Shown: piece by piece, positions 11,201 through 23,082 of the stretch
Numbering within the stretch: position 1 is the stretch's first letter
How the letters are laid out: every line of letters starts with the position of its first letter
Origin: Amphiscolops sp. MND2022
Taxonomy: Eukaryota
NCBI GenBank assembly: GCA_964187785.1
Contig: OZ076409.1
Coordinates: forward strand, 930,001 to 994,000
Reading direction: 5' to 3'
Length of the DNA stretch: 64,000 nt
Notes under the pieces: generated by a model
What the model was told of the DNA's origin: nothing
Database searches by the model: none
What the model saw: only the letters and a program-made list of their open reading frames with translations
Program-made: the position numbers and the translations under genes

Positions 11201-12140
11201 GCGATGTAAATCCGATGGAACTTTTCCATCGGAGCCACATCGCCAGCAATCCACTGAAAAGACCAAAAATGTTTAAATGATGGATCACGCCCACCGTTTG
11301 TACATCCTTACCTTCTCTTTGACCATGCCACAGTAATATGCTGAAGCTTTCTCATCTGGTTATTAGTAATTCGTAGGCCTCGCCTCGTGCCAACTCAGGT
11401 AGGTAACACAGCCGCTAGCACGGTTCACACAAATGTACACATGAAACGATGGAAAACAGATACGCCATCGACCTCTTTAAAACAAAACAGTTAAACGATG
11501 TAAAAGTGCTGGAAATCCTCCATCGTTTCTACATCCCCCTATCTCTCTACACTTACCTTCAATAAAAAGAGAATCAATCCTCAATCGTCAACAGACCATA
11601 GGCTTTGCCTTGGGTTGACTCACGGTTCATTACCGCCCTGATTGAGGACACCGAATACATACAAATAATCCCATTAAAAGGATCATAAAACGCCAAAGAA
11701 TGAGAACGATGAAAAAACGATGGAAATCCTTCATCGTTAACTCATCGTCAAATTCTCCCCAACACAAACGTACCTAGTCATCAACTAAACGATGCGAATA
11801 CGATGAAAATGTTTCATCGTTCTCTCATCGTTGCACTTACCACCAGACGAACCAAACACACTAATCGCAACGATGCCAAAACGATGGAAAATCCCCATCG
11901 TTCACATCACGATACACGAAACTACCTAGAAAGTACTACGATGGAAAAACGATGGAAATTTCCCATCGGTTGCCCATCGCTGATAAAATCCTAAGAAAAA
12001 TTCAACAATCCTCACTCAACGATGGAGTATCGATAAAATCTCTTCACCGATACACCCATCGTCTCCTAAATCAACGCCACACTCACAAAACCCTCCAGAA
12101 CGATGTGATTACGATGGAAATTTCCCATCGCCTACACATC
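11201..12140 (+). repeat. Array of ~45-nt CGATG...CATCG hairpin units with unique spacers, downstream of pol
   Basis: Units start at ~11201, 11494, 11705, 11788, 11869, 11937, 12018, 12099; the last six are 68-83 nt apart. Consensus aACGATG-N4/5-ACGATGgAAAT-N3/4-CATCG-N4/5-CATC(G). Confidence 0.85.
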
Positions 12141-12536
12141 TCTTCAAAAGTACATGAAAACGATAAAAGCATGTAAATAAACGTCCACACATGAAAATTA
12201 AACGAATACATTCTCTGCTAAGCGGAAATACAAACGAAACATGCATTCCAAAAGGTGCTCCTATACCGCCCTATCAAACAACCTTATAAACTGTATATGG
12301 AACAAAAACCAAAACTCAAAGCCCTTACAAATTCCTTGAACTTACTCGAAACAAAAGATCGGAGTAAAAATCAATTACCCACCGAATTACACAGTCTTCA
12401 ATTTAAAATTCTCTCTATCTACAAACGCAAATGGCCAACAATGTTAATACAGTGTAAGCGCTCTGCACTTACCAAACAGAATAAAATGTACATAATCTAT
12501 CAAGTTCACAGTCTAACAAAATAAATATCACGATCT

Positions 12537-15500
12537 TCAAATTCTGTGTTCCCCTCCAATTTCTGGACTTTCAACTCTTCCTCCTTCTACGGTAAAACTC
12601 ATTCGTTCCATAACTGAATCTCGGTATCCATCCGCAGCGACTCCTCCGACTTCCTTCCATAACTCTCCCAAAGTAATAGTCCGCAAATCATTCACTCTTC
12701 CAAGAGCAGCTACACATTCCGCCACTAATCCATCCGGAATACTTTGTAGACTCCTCACTCCACGAGAAGTACACCAACTCAGAACAGTACGGAACATGCT
12801 TGACAATGACTCTGACGATAGACTAGGCAAACCGAAATTATCCAGATTCCAACTCTGGCTGACTCCACCACTCAAACAGAACACAAACTGCATCAATCGT
12901 CTCAAACTCACATTAGTCGCCCCATACTGCCACAATTCGTGCTCATGCCCAGATAAATCATATTCTGCCACGTGGTCATCTCTAAACTGCCCAACAAACC
13001 GCACAAATGAGTCTATCATAGCTGTCTTTTCGGCATACAACACTCGACCACTACACTCTAGAGCTTCGACTAAATAACCGACAGTCTCTTCTAACTCCGA
13101 CACACGTCCATACATCAGAACTTCCGGACTCCAACAACTAAGTGCCATGTTAATTTGATCGGACACCTGCGGCATCTGCAGAAGATTGAGAGCAACTGTC
13201 ATAAAAAATTCTTCGACAACAGTGACTGCATGTTGATATTCCCCCCCACAAGGATAATACACTCGGTGCGACTCAAAAGTTCGAAACATAAGCCCTTCTT
13301 TTGCAGCACTCAAACGAAGACTGCTTAGCCGAAAATTTGCCCAGCGTTGCAATTCGTAAGCTTGAGGTACCGTCCCAGGCTCAGCAACCAGCAGACACAG
13401 CTCACGCACTGCAGCAAATACCTCGTAGACAATGTGTAGCCCTCGATACAATCCTTCACCAAAGGTCCGCTTCATCTTCTCAAACACTAAAACAGACAAG
13501 AACAACGATAACCAACGCGATTACAAGAAACGATGTCTTTCCAATGAATCCAAAGTATTCCTATTTTCTTGTCTTTGTATATCACAGTACTAAAACAGGA
13601 CGATGACGAACAGATGCAACATACCTACAAATCCATAATTATCTTAATAGTACTTCCACCCAACTTAGTTACAAATGAAAAACACCAATAATAACCGATC
13701 GTATACACCAATTCCATAGCATGCAACTTGAGCGACAGTCCAACTTCCTTCGAGATCAGTAGCTCCATCCGCAAGGGATCCACACTTCGAGACACATGGT
13801 CAAGCCGTTCCACCAATGCCAATATGTCGTTCCACGATCCTCGCAACTCGTTTAGTACCGCCACAATTTCCCAATTCGAAATCTCGCCATTCACAGTACA
13901 CTAAAATAAAACACTCAGAAAGTCAGCCTAGCCATAAACATAAAAATCCATACACCCTCCATCCTACACACGAAACCACTCTCACGCTAACAGATCAAGA
14001 TCCCTAACCCATACGACTTAAAAATTACATCAGAAATTCATACTAACACGCAACAATGCAGGACAAGATGATAAGAGGGGATCAGTCATACTATCGCGCA
14101 GTTTCGTCAAAAAGAAGTTCATAACCACATGCACGTCCTGCCCAGGGAACACAGACAATCCAGTCGTAGTAACCACACGCAACAATGACTCCAACTGCAG
14201 TGGATTCACATCCAAACATCTCCGTCCGCCTTCTTTCTCCATTAATCCTCGTATTGAAGGCACTTTTACACAACTGAAACCCACTGGCGCAAGCTCTTCT
14301 GCAAAACAACACCAGTAATCCGCGAGCCACTCTGACATCCTCTCTTCCCAGTCTCTGATAGCTACAAGCTCGAACAACACATACCCTTGCAACGCCTCGG
14401 TGTCCGCTACTGTCACTGAACATCGAACCACATTCCGCTTTAGCTCCAAATAGAAACCAACAGGGCACTCTCCACATAAAGCCATCGAAATAGATCGTAC
14501 CACGTATGGCCATACCCCGAAAATCAAAAGCGCCTAAAACACATGTAAAACAAAATAACCAAACAGAACTAACACCAGCACACCGTTATAACACAAATAT
14601 CACCCTTGTTCTAAGCAAATTCACACATACAAACATGTAACCTATGTAACACATGTATTTCATGTAACATATACTCACAATAACGTCCTCTTTTCGACAT
14701 ACGCCTCCGAAGAGACTCCCGTAGGAAGCATCAGTTGTTGCGACGGAATCCCATAAATCTGTGACGCTCGTAACATCTCCGCCTCGGTAGAGAGCATCGA
14801 CAACGAAACACAGAAACAGACGCAAACTGCGCTCGCTGTCAGGCACTTCGAGTACACCCGAGTCCCAGATACTGCCGCCTCTTGCTTCCGCCGCAAACAC
14901 CTCTTGCACCGAAAAAGCCGGACACACCTCCACATCTGGCACAGATAGACCTCGAATCTCTTCTTCCATGTCCGCTGCTTCCACGGCGCTCATCATTGCC
15001 CCGGTCCTCCGACGCAGAAACAAACCACGCCGAGAACGCACAACGCAGTCTAACTTGTGATGGACCACACCACGACAATGCTCTAGAAAGGTCGAAAGGC
15101 CTCGGCTCCCGACCTTCAGATCACTCCGGCACAGCAGACATCGTACGTACGCATCGGACGACCTATGAGTCCGTGCGAAACCCAGAGACATCCCTGCGTA
15201 CGGATCTTGGAACCAGCTTGCTCTAATGCTGTTCCTTGCAACTAAAACAAAGTTTGATGATAAAACGATGAAACCCCTCGCTCTAGCAGCTAACCCACGT
15301 TCTCCGCTTGCGTAAAACGATGAAAAAACGATGTTTTCACTTAACGCTAACAACAAAATTAGAACGATGAAAAACCGATGTTTCTACTGCAAAAAGCCAG
15401 AAAACGCCCTAAGACGACAAAAGACGGCCACCAAAACGCAAAGTACGAAAAATAATCAAAAACCCGAAAACAAAACTAAAATGTTTAACTAAACACTTCA

Positions 15501-16492
15501 ACCGATAAGTTCAGTAACCTGATAACATTAACATATTGAAATTACGGTGAATCACATGATCCTTGAAGCTGTTTAGTTTAACTGACCGAACGAGACGACG
15601 GGTGGAAACTACAGCATTGTCAACAGATGAACTGCCCCCGTCAGATGTGCTTGATTCATCACCAGCAGACAGGGCTCCTGGAACTACACAACCACCCACA
15701 ACAGCCTCAACACTTGATACACCAGCATCCATCGGAACTTGCTCTTCTGCATCGACGCCTGCTGGATCCATTCGACTGCTGGGTGAAGACTCAATTGAGA
15801 ACTCACGTACTGTTTGTGTGGCGACACTCTGCGGAGCCCCTTCCTGGTCAGAACCACACGCCACAGACATCATGTGGCGAACGACAGGCCTCTCCAAGCC
15901 ATACGCCTCTCGCGGGACTGAAAGCAACAGAGTTCATCATTGTTACATCGCGGAATCCACTTCGCTGACAAAGAGATGAATCTAATGCGAATCCACTTAA
16001 ATTGCTACAACAGGCGATTTAAAACCACGAATACAAACAAAAGTGTCACTTACTGGCACTGGCAAGCTCTTCTCGCATTACATGCCGAAAGTAACCGTCA
16101 TACCAATGCAATGACAGCGACCCAAGAGATTGCTGCCACGGAGAATACACTGAAACGACATCATGAATGAATAACGATGATTGAACGATGGAGAACATAA
16201 GTTGGCACACTTCTCGAAAAGAACGGCAGTCGACTCACTCTGTGGATACAAGGGCATGAACGGCTGAGGTCCCGATGGAGTCTGAATGGGCGTCATGGGC
16301 CCCACCCCCGTCAGTTGGGTATACACCCTAGGGCTCCCAGACCCAGAAGGCGTCGCTTGATCTGCAACAGCTAAACGAAATTTATCCACATTAGAGTTGC
16401 ACCAATCCACCACAGACGTGAAGATGAAGAATGAATAACTAACGAATTGGGTTAGAATCACCGAAAGGATTCATATGTTGGTCGTCATACAT
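12537..16492 (-). CDS. Spliced antisense accessory gene of the retrotransposon (~1016 aa; BED-like zinc finger plus hAT-transposase-like body)
   Basis: Hand-built exons on the minus strand: 16492-16444, 16370-16197, 16149-16054, 15917-15587, 15306-14679, 14533-14048, 13900-13629, 13589-13525, 13486-12537. All introns GT-AG, all phases compatible, 3051 nt with no internal stop. The 5' exons are less certain than the last five. Confidence 0.8.
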
Positions 16493-17448
16493 CTTGACGA
16501 TGACAAATGGAAACAACGATTGCAATCTGAAAGAAAACACGACACGATTGAAAGAAGGATAGTAAATGTGAACTCAATTTGAAGAAACGAAATCAACAGT
16601 AATCGACAAATATAATGGCCTGATCAACCGTGATATGAGATCGATTTCAACCTTAAAATATCAAAGAAGCAAAACGTTTCGACTACATCTAACAATACAC
16701 TCTCAAAAGACAAAAAATCTGCTCAAAATTCTTCAATATTGATTCAATTTCACTGCCTCCTTCCACCAACTAGCAGAGGAAACACCAGTTTGAATGGACC
16801 AATTTACTCAAAATACTGTGGAAATTTTCTCAAAGTGTTAGATGCAGCTGCCAGCGTCGTTAGCAATTTGAATGATTTACACACTCAGCGGAAAGACGCA
16901 CTCGAAATTGTGGCTACTTTATTTACTTAATAACTCATCAAGATAACTGAACGTTTCCGTCTCGCACACAGTTGGCATTACTGCCGCTCCACCACGCAAG
17001 TTATTACATAATATTTTGTTCACGCTTATTCAACTCTCCATCACAAGTTCATCGCTCTCCGGTCACGTGTTATTCATTCTCTCCAATCTATCAGACGAAA
17101 CGATGCTACCAATTCCAATTGTGAACAAATTCCAGCGAGATTCTACAAATCACTCCTGACAGCTATTTTCAAGCCGATCTGCGGACAATCGACGGGCCAA
17201 GAACTAGAACTGACGCGTCCAAACTTAACCGAAATAACCGAGCTCACACCAGATACCAAACCGATGAAACACGTCTCCTTCTCAGAGAAGACACAAATGA
17301 GACAGAACCAACGAAGGCACAAAACCATTGAGAACCAACGAAGGCCACTCCCCTGAGACCAGCGAAGGAACATGTCAAAGCCCACGCTGCGACAACCATC
17401 CTCTGCACATTTGGCCCCTGCACTCCTCTTCCAAATTCCCCCCGGGAG

Positions 17449-19263
17449 TGTCATACCAGCATGATGGAAATATAATCTACTAAATATCTGTAATGTAAAT
17501 AATATGTCTTATGTACTTAGATATGGGCAATATGATGTCATATAATAAGCTCTATGGTTGTGAGCAACCCTACGTTACTTGTACCTAACCCCCCATTCCC
17601 CATTGAGATTTTGAGCTATTTACTTATCTAAATACTGAGCATTCTAGTTCCGTTTGTCCGCAATCCATGATCGTGCTAAAAAGAAAATGATGCTATTTTA
17701 TATTTAATAGCTTGTCACGAGAAAGGAAAGTAGTCTCTCGGTCAAACTGGACCGCCATAACGAATAGACAAGATGGATACTCGCTAGGGAACTCCTGCCT
17801 CAGAGGAAACTAGCGTAACAAGCCTCCTCTCTTTGGAATACATGAAACGATGAAATAAAGATGCTATTAGTGCTAGAACTCGTGATTTGATTCAATCTAA
17901 CTGGTTTCATCCATATTACATCGCTCAAACACGACCAGAACACCAAAAACGAGAGAATTGAAAAGACGATGTAAAAGCGATGAAGCTACTTGATTGAATA
18001 CTTGTGACCACATGTTTCATCGTTTATGCATCACTCACGCTTCTAAGCCCTGAAGAACAGTGCTAAACTAGCGAACGATGGAAAAGCGATGGAAATCTTT
18101 CATCGTTTTCTCATCTACAGCTAAAATCACGCTTCTAGACCTGACTACAGTGCTGAACGGCGAACGATGGAAAAGCGATGGAAATCTTTCATCGCTTTCC
18201 CATCTATAGCAAAAATCATCTTTTAACGATGATAAAGTGATGTAACTACTCCAGAATTATATTCAGTGCTCTCCCCGTAACTCAGTTCATCGTTTTCACA
18301 TCTAGTTGATCACTTCAACACTAGAGCGAAGCTCATTAATCATTTCTGCATCCACAGACATACAAACAGAATCAACTCGTGAAAACGATGTCTAAACGAC
18401 AAAACTTGTTATAACTTGCATTTTATTCAGTTCAACGATGAATAAACGACAAAACTTGTCATAATTTGCCTTTTATCGATTCAGTGCTAGCAAATCATCA
18501 TTTATACATCCCCGTGCCTCCGAATTTGAACTCTATCCATTTTAGACACTAATTTAGCGCAATTGCAGTAACTATCATGACTCAGAGAATGCCTGCTGAC
18601 ATTAGTTCATTATAAATTCATGATAATTGATTTGAATTGTGTTATTGCGCAATTGCTAATTGGTAGCCCTCTTGCGGCATGCAAAACAACCGGTCACGTG
18701 ACCAAGTGCTAATTAGCACTCACCCGACATCCAATGAGAGGGAAGCGATGGTAAGAATTGCGTCTTACCATCGATCGGGTGAGAAGGCTACCAACTAAGA
18801 CACACGATTTGCTATACCAGCACGATACACTTACATTCTCTGTTAGTTCTACAACACGTATAAAATTGCCTTAGTCTTACTACATACTCTCATAATTCAA
18901 CTCTTATCCGACATTCCTGTTTTTCATTGCTCATGAGTGTCGAATCTACTAAAACACTTCGAAACGGAAAAGTATTATCTAATTCTTTACCAGAAACTTC
19001 CTCGATCGACGCGAATAATATTCCCAATATTAACATGGAATCCTCAAATAATTTCTCAGAAGGGATAAGCCGATCGGGTAGGAATTCGCCGACGAACGAA
19101 GATCATACTCAAGCGGCGAACGAAGAAAGATTTAATCGTCTGCAAGACGAAATGTCGATACTGAAGTCTCTGATGGAAAATATCATAAGTCAAAACGAGG
19201 AACGAAACAAGCAAAACGGTGGTTCCTTTGCGACGTCGTCTTACGCCGTAGGGACCTCCAACA
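17449..19263 (+). repeat. 3' LTR (1815 bp)
   Basis: Begins TGTCATACCAGC, ends GACCTCCAACA, followed by TSD CTAAT. Confidence 0.97.
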
Positions 19264-19286
19264 CTAATAGCGCCGCTTTAGCGTAA
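18933..19286 (+). pseudogene. Copy of the gag N-terminus carried in the 3' LTR, running into flanking DNA
   Basis: Matches the first ~110 gag codons (MSVESTKTLRNGK...AVGTSN), then diverges at the LTR end. Confidence 0.9.
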
Positions 19287-19686
19287 GCGAGGGATTACAT
19301 TAGCGGAAATGAGTTAGCGAAATACAAATTAACTAGCGACCGCTTAGCAATGGCGTTTTCCTAATTTTCCATAACAACGCTTGATTTTGCATCGAACATT
19401 ACACACAAATCACAACTTGTCTCTCCATTTACTGATTCCTCCCAAGAACTGTTATATATTATCATTTATTTATCTTTACTATGTTTTAAACATAGTTCTA
19501 CACAGTAAACAGTAATGAATTATTTTTCAGATGGATTTTTAAACATAATGTGAATTGAACTTTTCACTGAAGATTTTAATTAGCGTAAGCGATTAGCGAC
19601 TATCAATTAGCGAAGTTAGCGATTAGCGATATATAATTAGCGTTAGTTAGCGATTATCGAAAAAAAATTAGCGAGTGAAATCTCTG
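19269..19686. mobile_element. Older MITE-like element with TTAGCG repeats, interrupted by the LTR element (left stub 2958-2982)
   Basis: Left stub catagatttgacgctaat resembles the reverse complement of the right end attagcgagtgaaatctctg. Many ttagcg repeats in 19269-19680. Confidence 0.6.
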
Positions 19687-20849
19687 CGTCCAGCTGCCGC
19701 GTAACCTGAATAAGTTACATGAATGGGAGGAACATAGAAGGATGGGGCTTCGTTGCAAGGGACTGGCTCCCATCTACCAGTAGGTCCATTATACCACCCT
19801 TGGTAACTGTCCCGTGTGGAGGAGGCACGCTTCGTGAGGATATCTTCCGACCTGTCTGTTACTTCCTAGTCTGTTACTGCTAACGATGACGGGAATTTTG
19901 ACTCTGCAGAACCACAGATCCCGTACCTTTCAACAAAGGCCAAGTGACAAACAGGTTCAACTTCCAGTGTTAACCATGGTTGCTATGAATAAGATCTAAC
20001 TGCAGAAGCCAGCTCACGAGCTCAAGTAAACAGACATAGTTGATAAAATGCTGTGAGACATTACAGTTACAATCCACGCAGATAGCATGCCGGTATGCCA
20101 AGCGCCGATGGTGGGTAATTACGCGAAGACACTCATTTTAAAGTTATCGGTACGTAAAGTAGTGTCTCGCCGAAACTCACTGAAAACTACATAAATACTG
20201 CAAACTAGATTTTATTATCACATGCCGTCACGTGAGTCTACGGCAAAGATATTTCAGTTGGCTCTGTGCGAATACGTATATTTCCGTGTTCAACCGTTCT
20301 CTTCTCACATTTTATTTTATTGCAGGGCAGATCTACAAGTCACCGTGTTGATGATGGTTTCCTTCGCGTGGCTATCTGAATTTATTATTGTAATCTCAGG
20401 TAGCCGCGACAAAGGCATGGTTACTAAATTTAGGTCAGCCATGACATTGTCTATGGAAAACTATGGTCTGAAAATCGAAATCAAAAAGTAGCAAAAGTGC
20501 GACTGTGGGCTCGTGGTGCAGACTGTTCAGCTTGTGGACGAGTTTGAAGCTGAGAGAATTCAGGCGACTGTGGATTGTAGGTAGACCCATACCAGTTACA
20601 AAAACAGGGCTTACATAACTACGTAACCTGTCATCAACAAAGGCATCTTGGGTTCCACCTCTGCAGGGTAGCATACACTGAGTGACGATAGGTGATTTTG
20701 GGCCGCTGTCCAAAGCCACATGGTTGCAGATAGTCATTTGGTATTAGGCTTGCACATATCCCGTTTGATTTGGTGCCACGAGATTTGTTCGCGATAATAT
20801 ACCGGGTCAAACTATCTTCTGTCGGGATACTGCATTGACATGATTTTGA

Positions 20850-22252
20850 TTCTCCATTGACCAGAAAATCCCAGATGATTGGAACATAGCTGTCATTATC
20901 CCGTGCTATAAAAAGGGAGACAAAGCCAAATGCTCCGACTACCGTGGAATCAGCTTGATCGCCATTGCCCTGAAGGTTCTTGAAGCGGTCATCAAAAACC
21001 GTTTGGAACCATCTTACACGAACGCTGCCCGGATAAACTAAGCCGGCTTTAAGAAGGGTGGCGGCAAATACTGAAACAACGATATCAGTCCAGTCGATGG
21101 ACCGTCCTAATCTTTATCAGTTTCAAGGCGGCCTTCGACAGCGTTAACCGAGAAGCTCTCTGGACAATACTGTCGAACCTCGACCTTCACCCCATCATCA
21201 TTAACATCCTAAGAACCATGCAGGCAAAAGCAACCAGGAAAGTACGCGTAACCAACACCCTCTCACGCGATTTCGAAATAGCGAACGGAGTACGTCAGGG
21301 ATCAATAATTGGCCTATTTCTTGTTAACCTGGCGATTGATTGGATCATGCAAAACGCCCTTTGTCATGGAATACATGGTATTAGTCTAGACGATACGTAC
21401 GTGCCGTACCTTGACTTCGCCGATGATATCTGTCTTCTGGATGACAACGCCGAAGATGTTCAACCCTTACTCGTTAGTGTTTTCCATCAGCCCAAAAATT
21501 TCGGCTTGAAGATCAACGCGTCAAAGACCAAATTCTGCTCCATTGACCCCAACATCAATATCACCTGCTCTGGCGAACAACTGGAAAGAGTAGAAACATT
21601 CACCTACCTTGGCTCATCGATACAACCTGATAGCGACATCGCAGGAGAAATTAAACTCCGTTACGCGAAGTCTCTCGGCTCGATAAAGAAGCTGATAAAA
21701 TTCTGGCGTAGTCGCAATATTTCAACAACGATCAAATCAAAAGTTCACCACGCTTGCATCCGGAGCTCCCAACTGTATTGCTGTGAAACGTGGCCACTCA
21801 TAACATCTGTTATTAAAAAACTGGCAGCTTTGAGATCAGATGCGCCAGATCCATTCTCCACCCTAGTCGCCCCATCAAGACTTCTGACATCCGTGGAAAT
21901 CTTCAACTCGATAGCAGCGTCTCCAGGACCATCCAGAAGGACAGACTGAAATGGCTTGGTCATGAACTCCTCCATGTCCCCACTACTCTTCCAAACTCCG
22001 CCCTAGAAAAGGGACCCGACTGGACACGTCCCAGGGTCGGCATGAAGTCTGGTGAGACCTAGTCAAAGCGGATCTCAGCTCCATCCTCAAACCCGTGAAA
22101 ATGAATAAAGAAGTCTGGGACGCAGAATGGTTCTCGTTGGCCAGCGACGCGGCAAGAAACAGGCGCCAGTGGAACGCAATTATTCGTGACGTGCAAGAGG
22201 CGGGCAATGGGCAGTGACTGCTTGATACGCCCTAACTGGAACTGGAACTGGA
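20850..22252 (+). mobile_element. 5'-truncated, degenerate RTE-like non-LTR retrotransposon (LINE)
   Basis: PDDWNIAVIIPCYKKGDKAKCSDYRGISL, GVRQGS...NLAIDWIM, LDFADDICLL, FTYLGS, YCCETW. Stops and frameshifts present. 3' tail of (AACTGG)x3 at ~22233-22251. Confidence 0.88.
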
Positions 22253-22710
22253 TTCTTCATTGCAATTACTTCCTCGAATGGCACAATGGTCCTGCTACTA
22301 GACCTTTGGTAGAGATTGGTTGTCGGCATGGCGACTATATATCTAGGAAACCGAGCGCTGCTTGTACCTTAAAAGGTTCTTTTTAACGAGATGGTCAAAT
22401 CATTCAGCAAGCGGACGTAGAGTAAATATGAATTCTAGCAACGGAGTTTGATCTTGCCCCAATTACCGGTCAAGAGGATGAAAACAGTATTACCTCACTT
22501 TGACCTTCGTTCGCAAACTTTCAAGATATATTTTGGATACATTTTGGATATTTATTTTCAGTCGGCGTTTTCGAAGAAAATCCCGACTCTTACAGTGGCT
22601 AGTTTTTTTCGTCAGTTCAACGCGTAACGTCCACTTTTTGTGCAATAATGCACTTTTACCAACTTTTACCATATGTACTTAGTACTTCATTTTCAACGCA
22701 TCCAAAGCCT

Positions 22711-23082
22711 CTAACATGAGATAAAAAGCCATTCCAAAGGAGAAGGGTCCACTTTTTTTGACACTATGAGACTTTCCTCATTTTTTCGGCATTGTGAGAC
22801 TGATTTTTTCCGAAATTTTTTTGTTCTCCCCATCAATTTTTGATATTTTGCAACAGAATGGATGTTCAAAAAATCCCAAAGCGTCCCCCCTTTTACATTT
22901 TTCGGCACTATGCGACTTACCGGAAACTTCAAAAAAATTCGAAAAAAATTCGGATTTTTTTTTCTCAATTTTTAGTTTTTTTGAGAGCTTTTGTTGTCTC
23001 CAGTTGTAGAAAAAGTGGTTTTCGTTTTCGAGTCTTTTTGAGCCTTAGATATGGCGCCGACTTGGGCCGTTCCCGGCTTGTT
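22711..23082 (+). mobile_element. Copy of an abundant dispersed repeat (Helentron/HINE-like)
   Basis: Ends in gagccttagatatggcgccgacttgggccgttcccggcttgtt. Related termini at ~25071, 41735, 45389, 49260, 57588 (+) and ~47768, 61297, 61803 (-). Shared internal tttttcggcac(t)gtgcgact and aagggtcccc motifs. Confidence 0.6.

Larger units (their letters stand above)
2983..19263 (+). mobile_element. Full-length Ty3/Gypsy LTR retrotransposon, 16.3 kb
   Basis: TG...CA LTRs of equal length; 5-bp TSD CTAAT at 2978-2982 and 19264-19268; PBS; gag; pol with PR-RT-RH-IN order. Confidence 0.97.

Noticed and set aside
4590..11266. Many short minus-strand or alternate-frame ORFs over gag and pol
   Set aside because: Shadow ORFs of the gag/pol coding strand with no recognisable motifs.
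11705..12140. CRISPR array (palindromic repeats with unique spacers)
   Set aside because: Eukaryotic retrotransposon context, no cas genes, and the repeats are far more divergent than CRISPR repeats. Reported as a hairpin array instead.
11106..17448. env gene in the long 3' region
   Set aside because: No long + strand ORF with signal peptide or TM anchor. The coding signal is on the minus strand.
19690..20840. LINE 5' UTR or small gene (ORF 20435-20737)
   Set aside because: No recognisable domain or clear boundaries. A link to the downstream RTE fragment cannot be shown.
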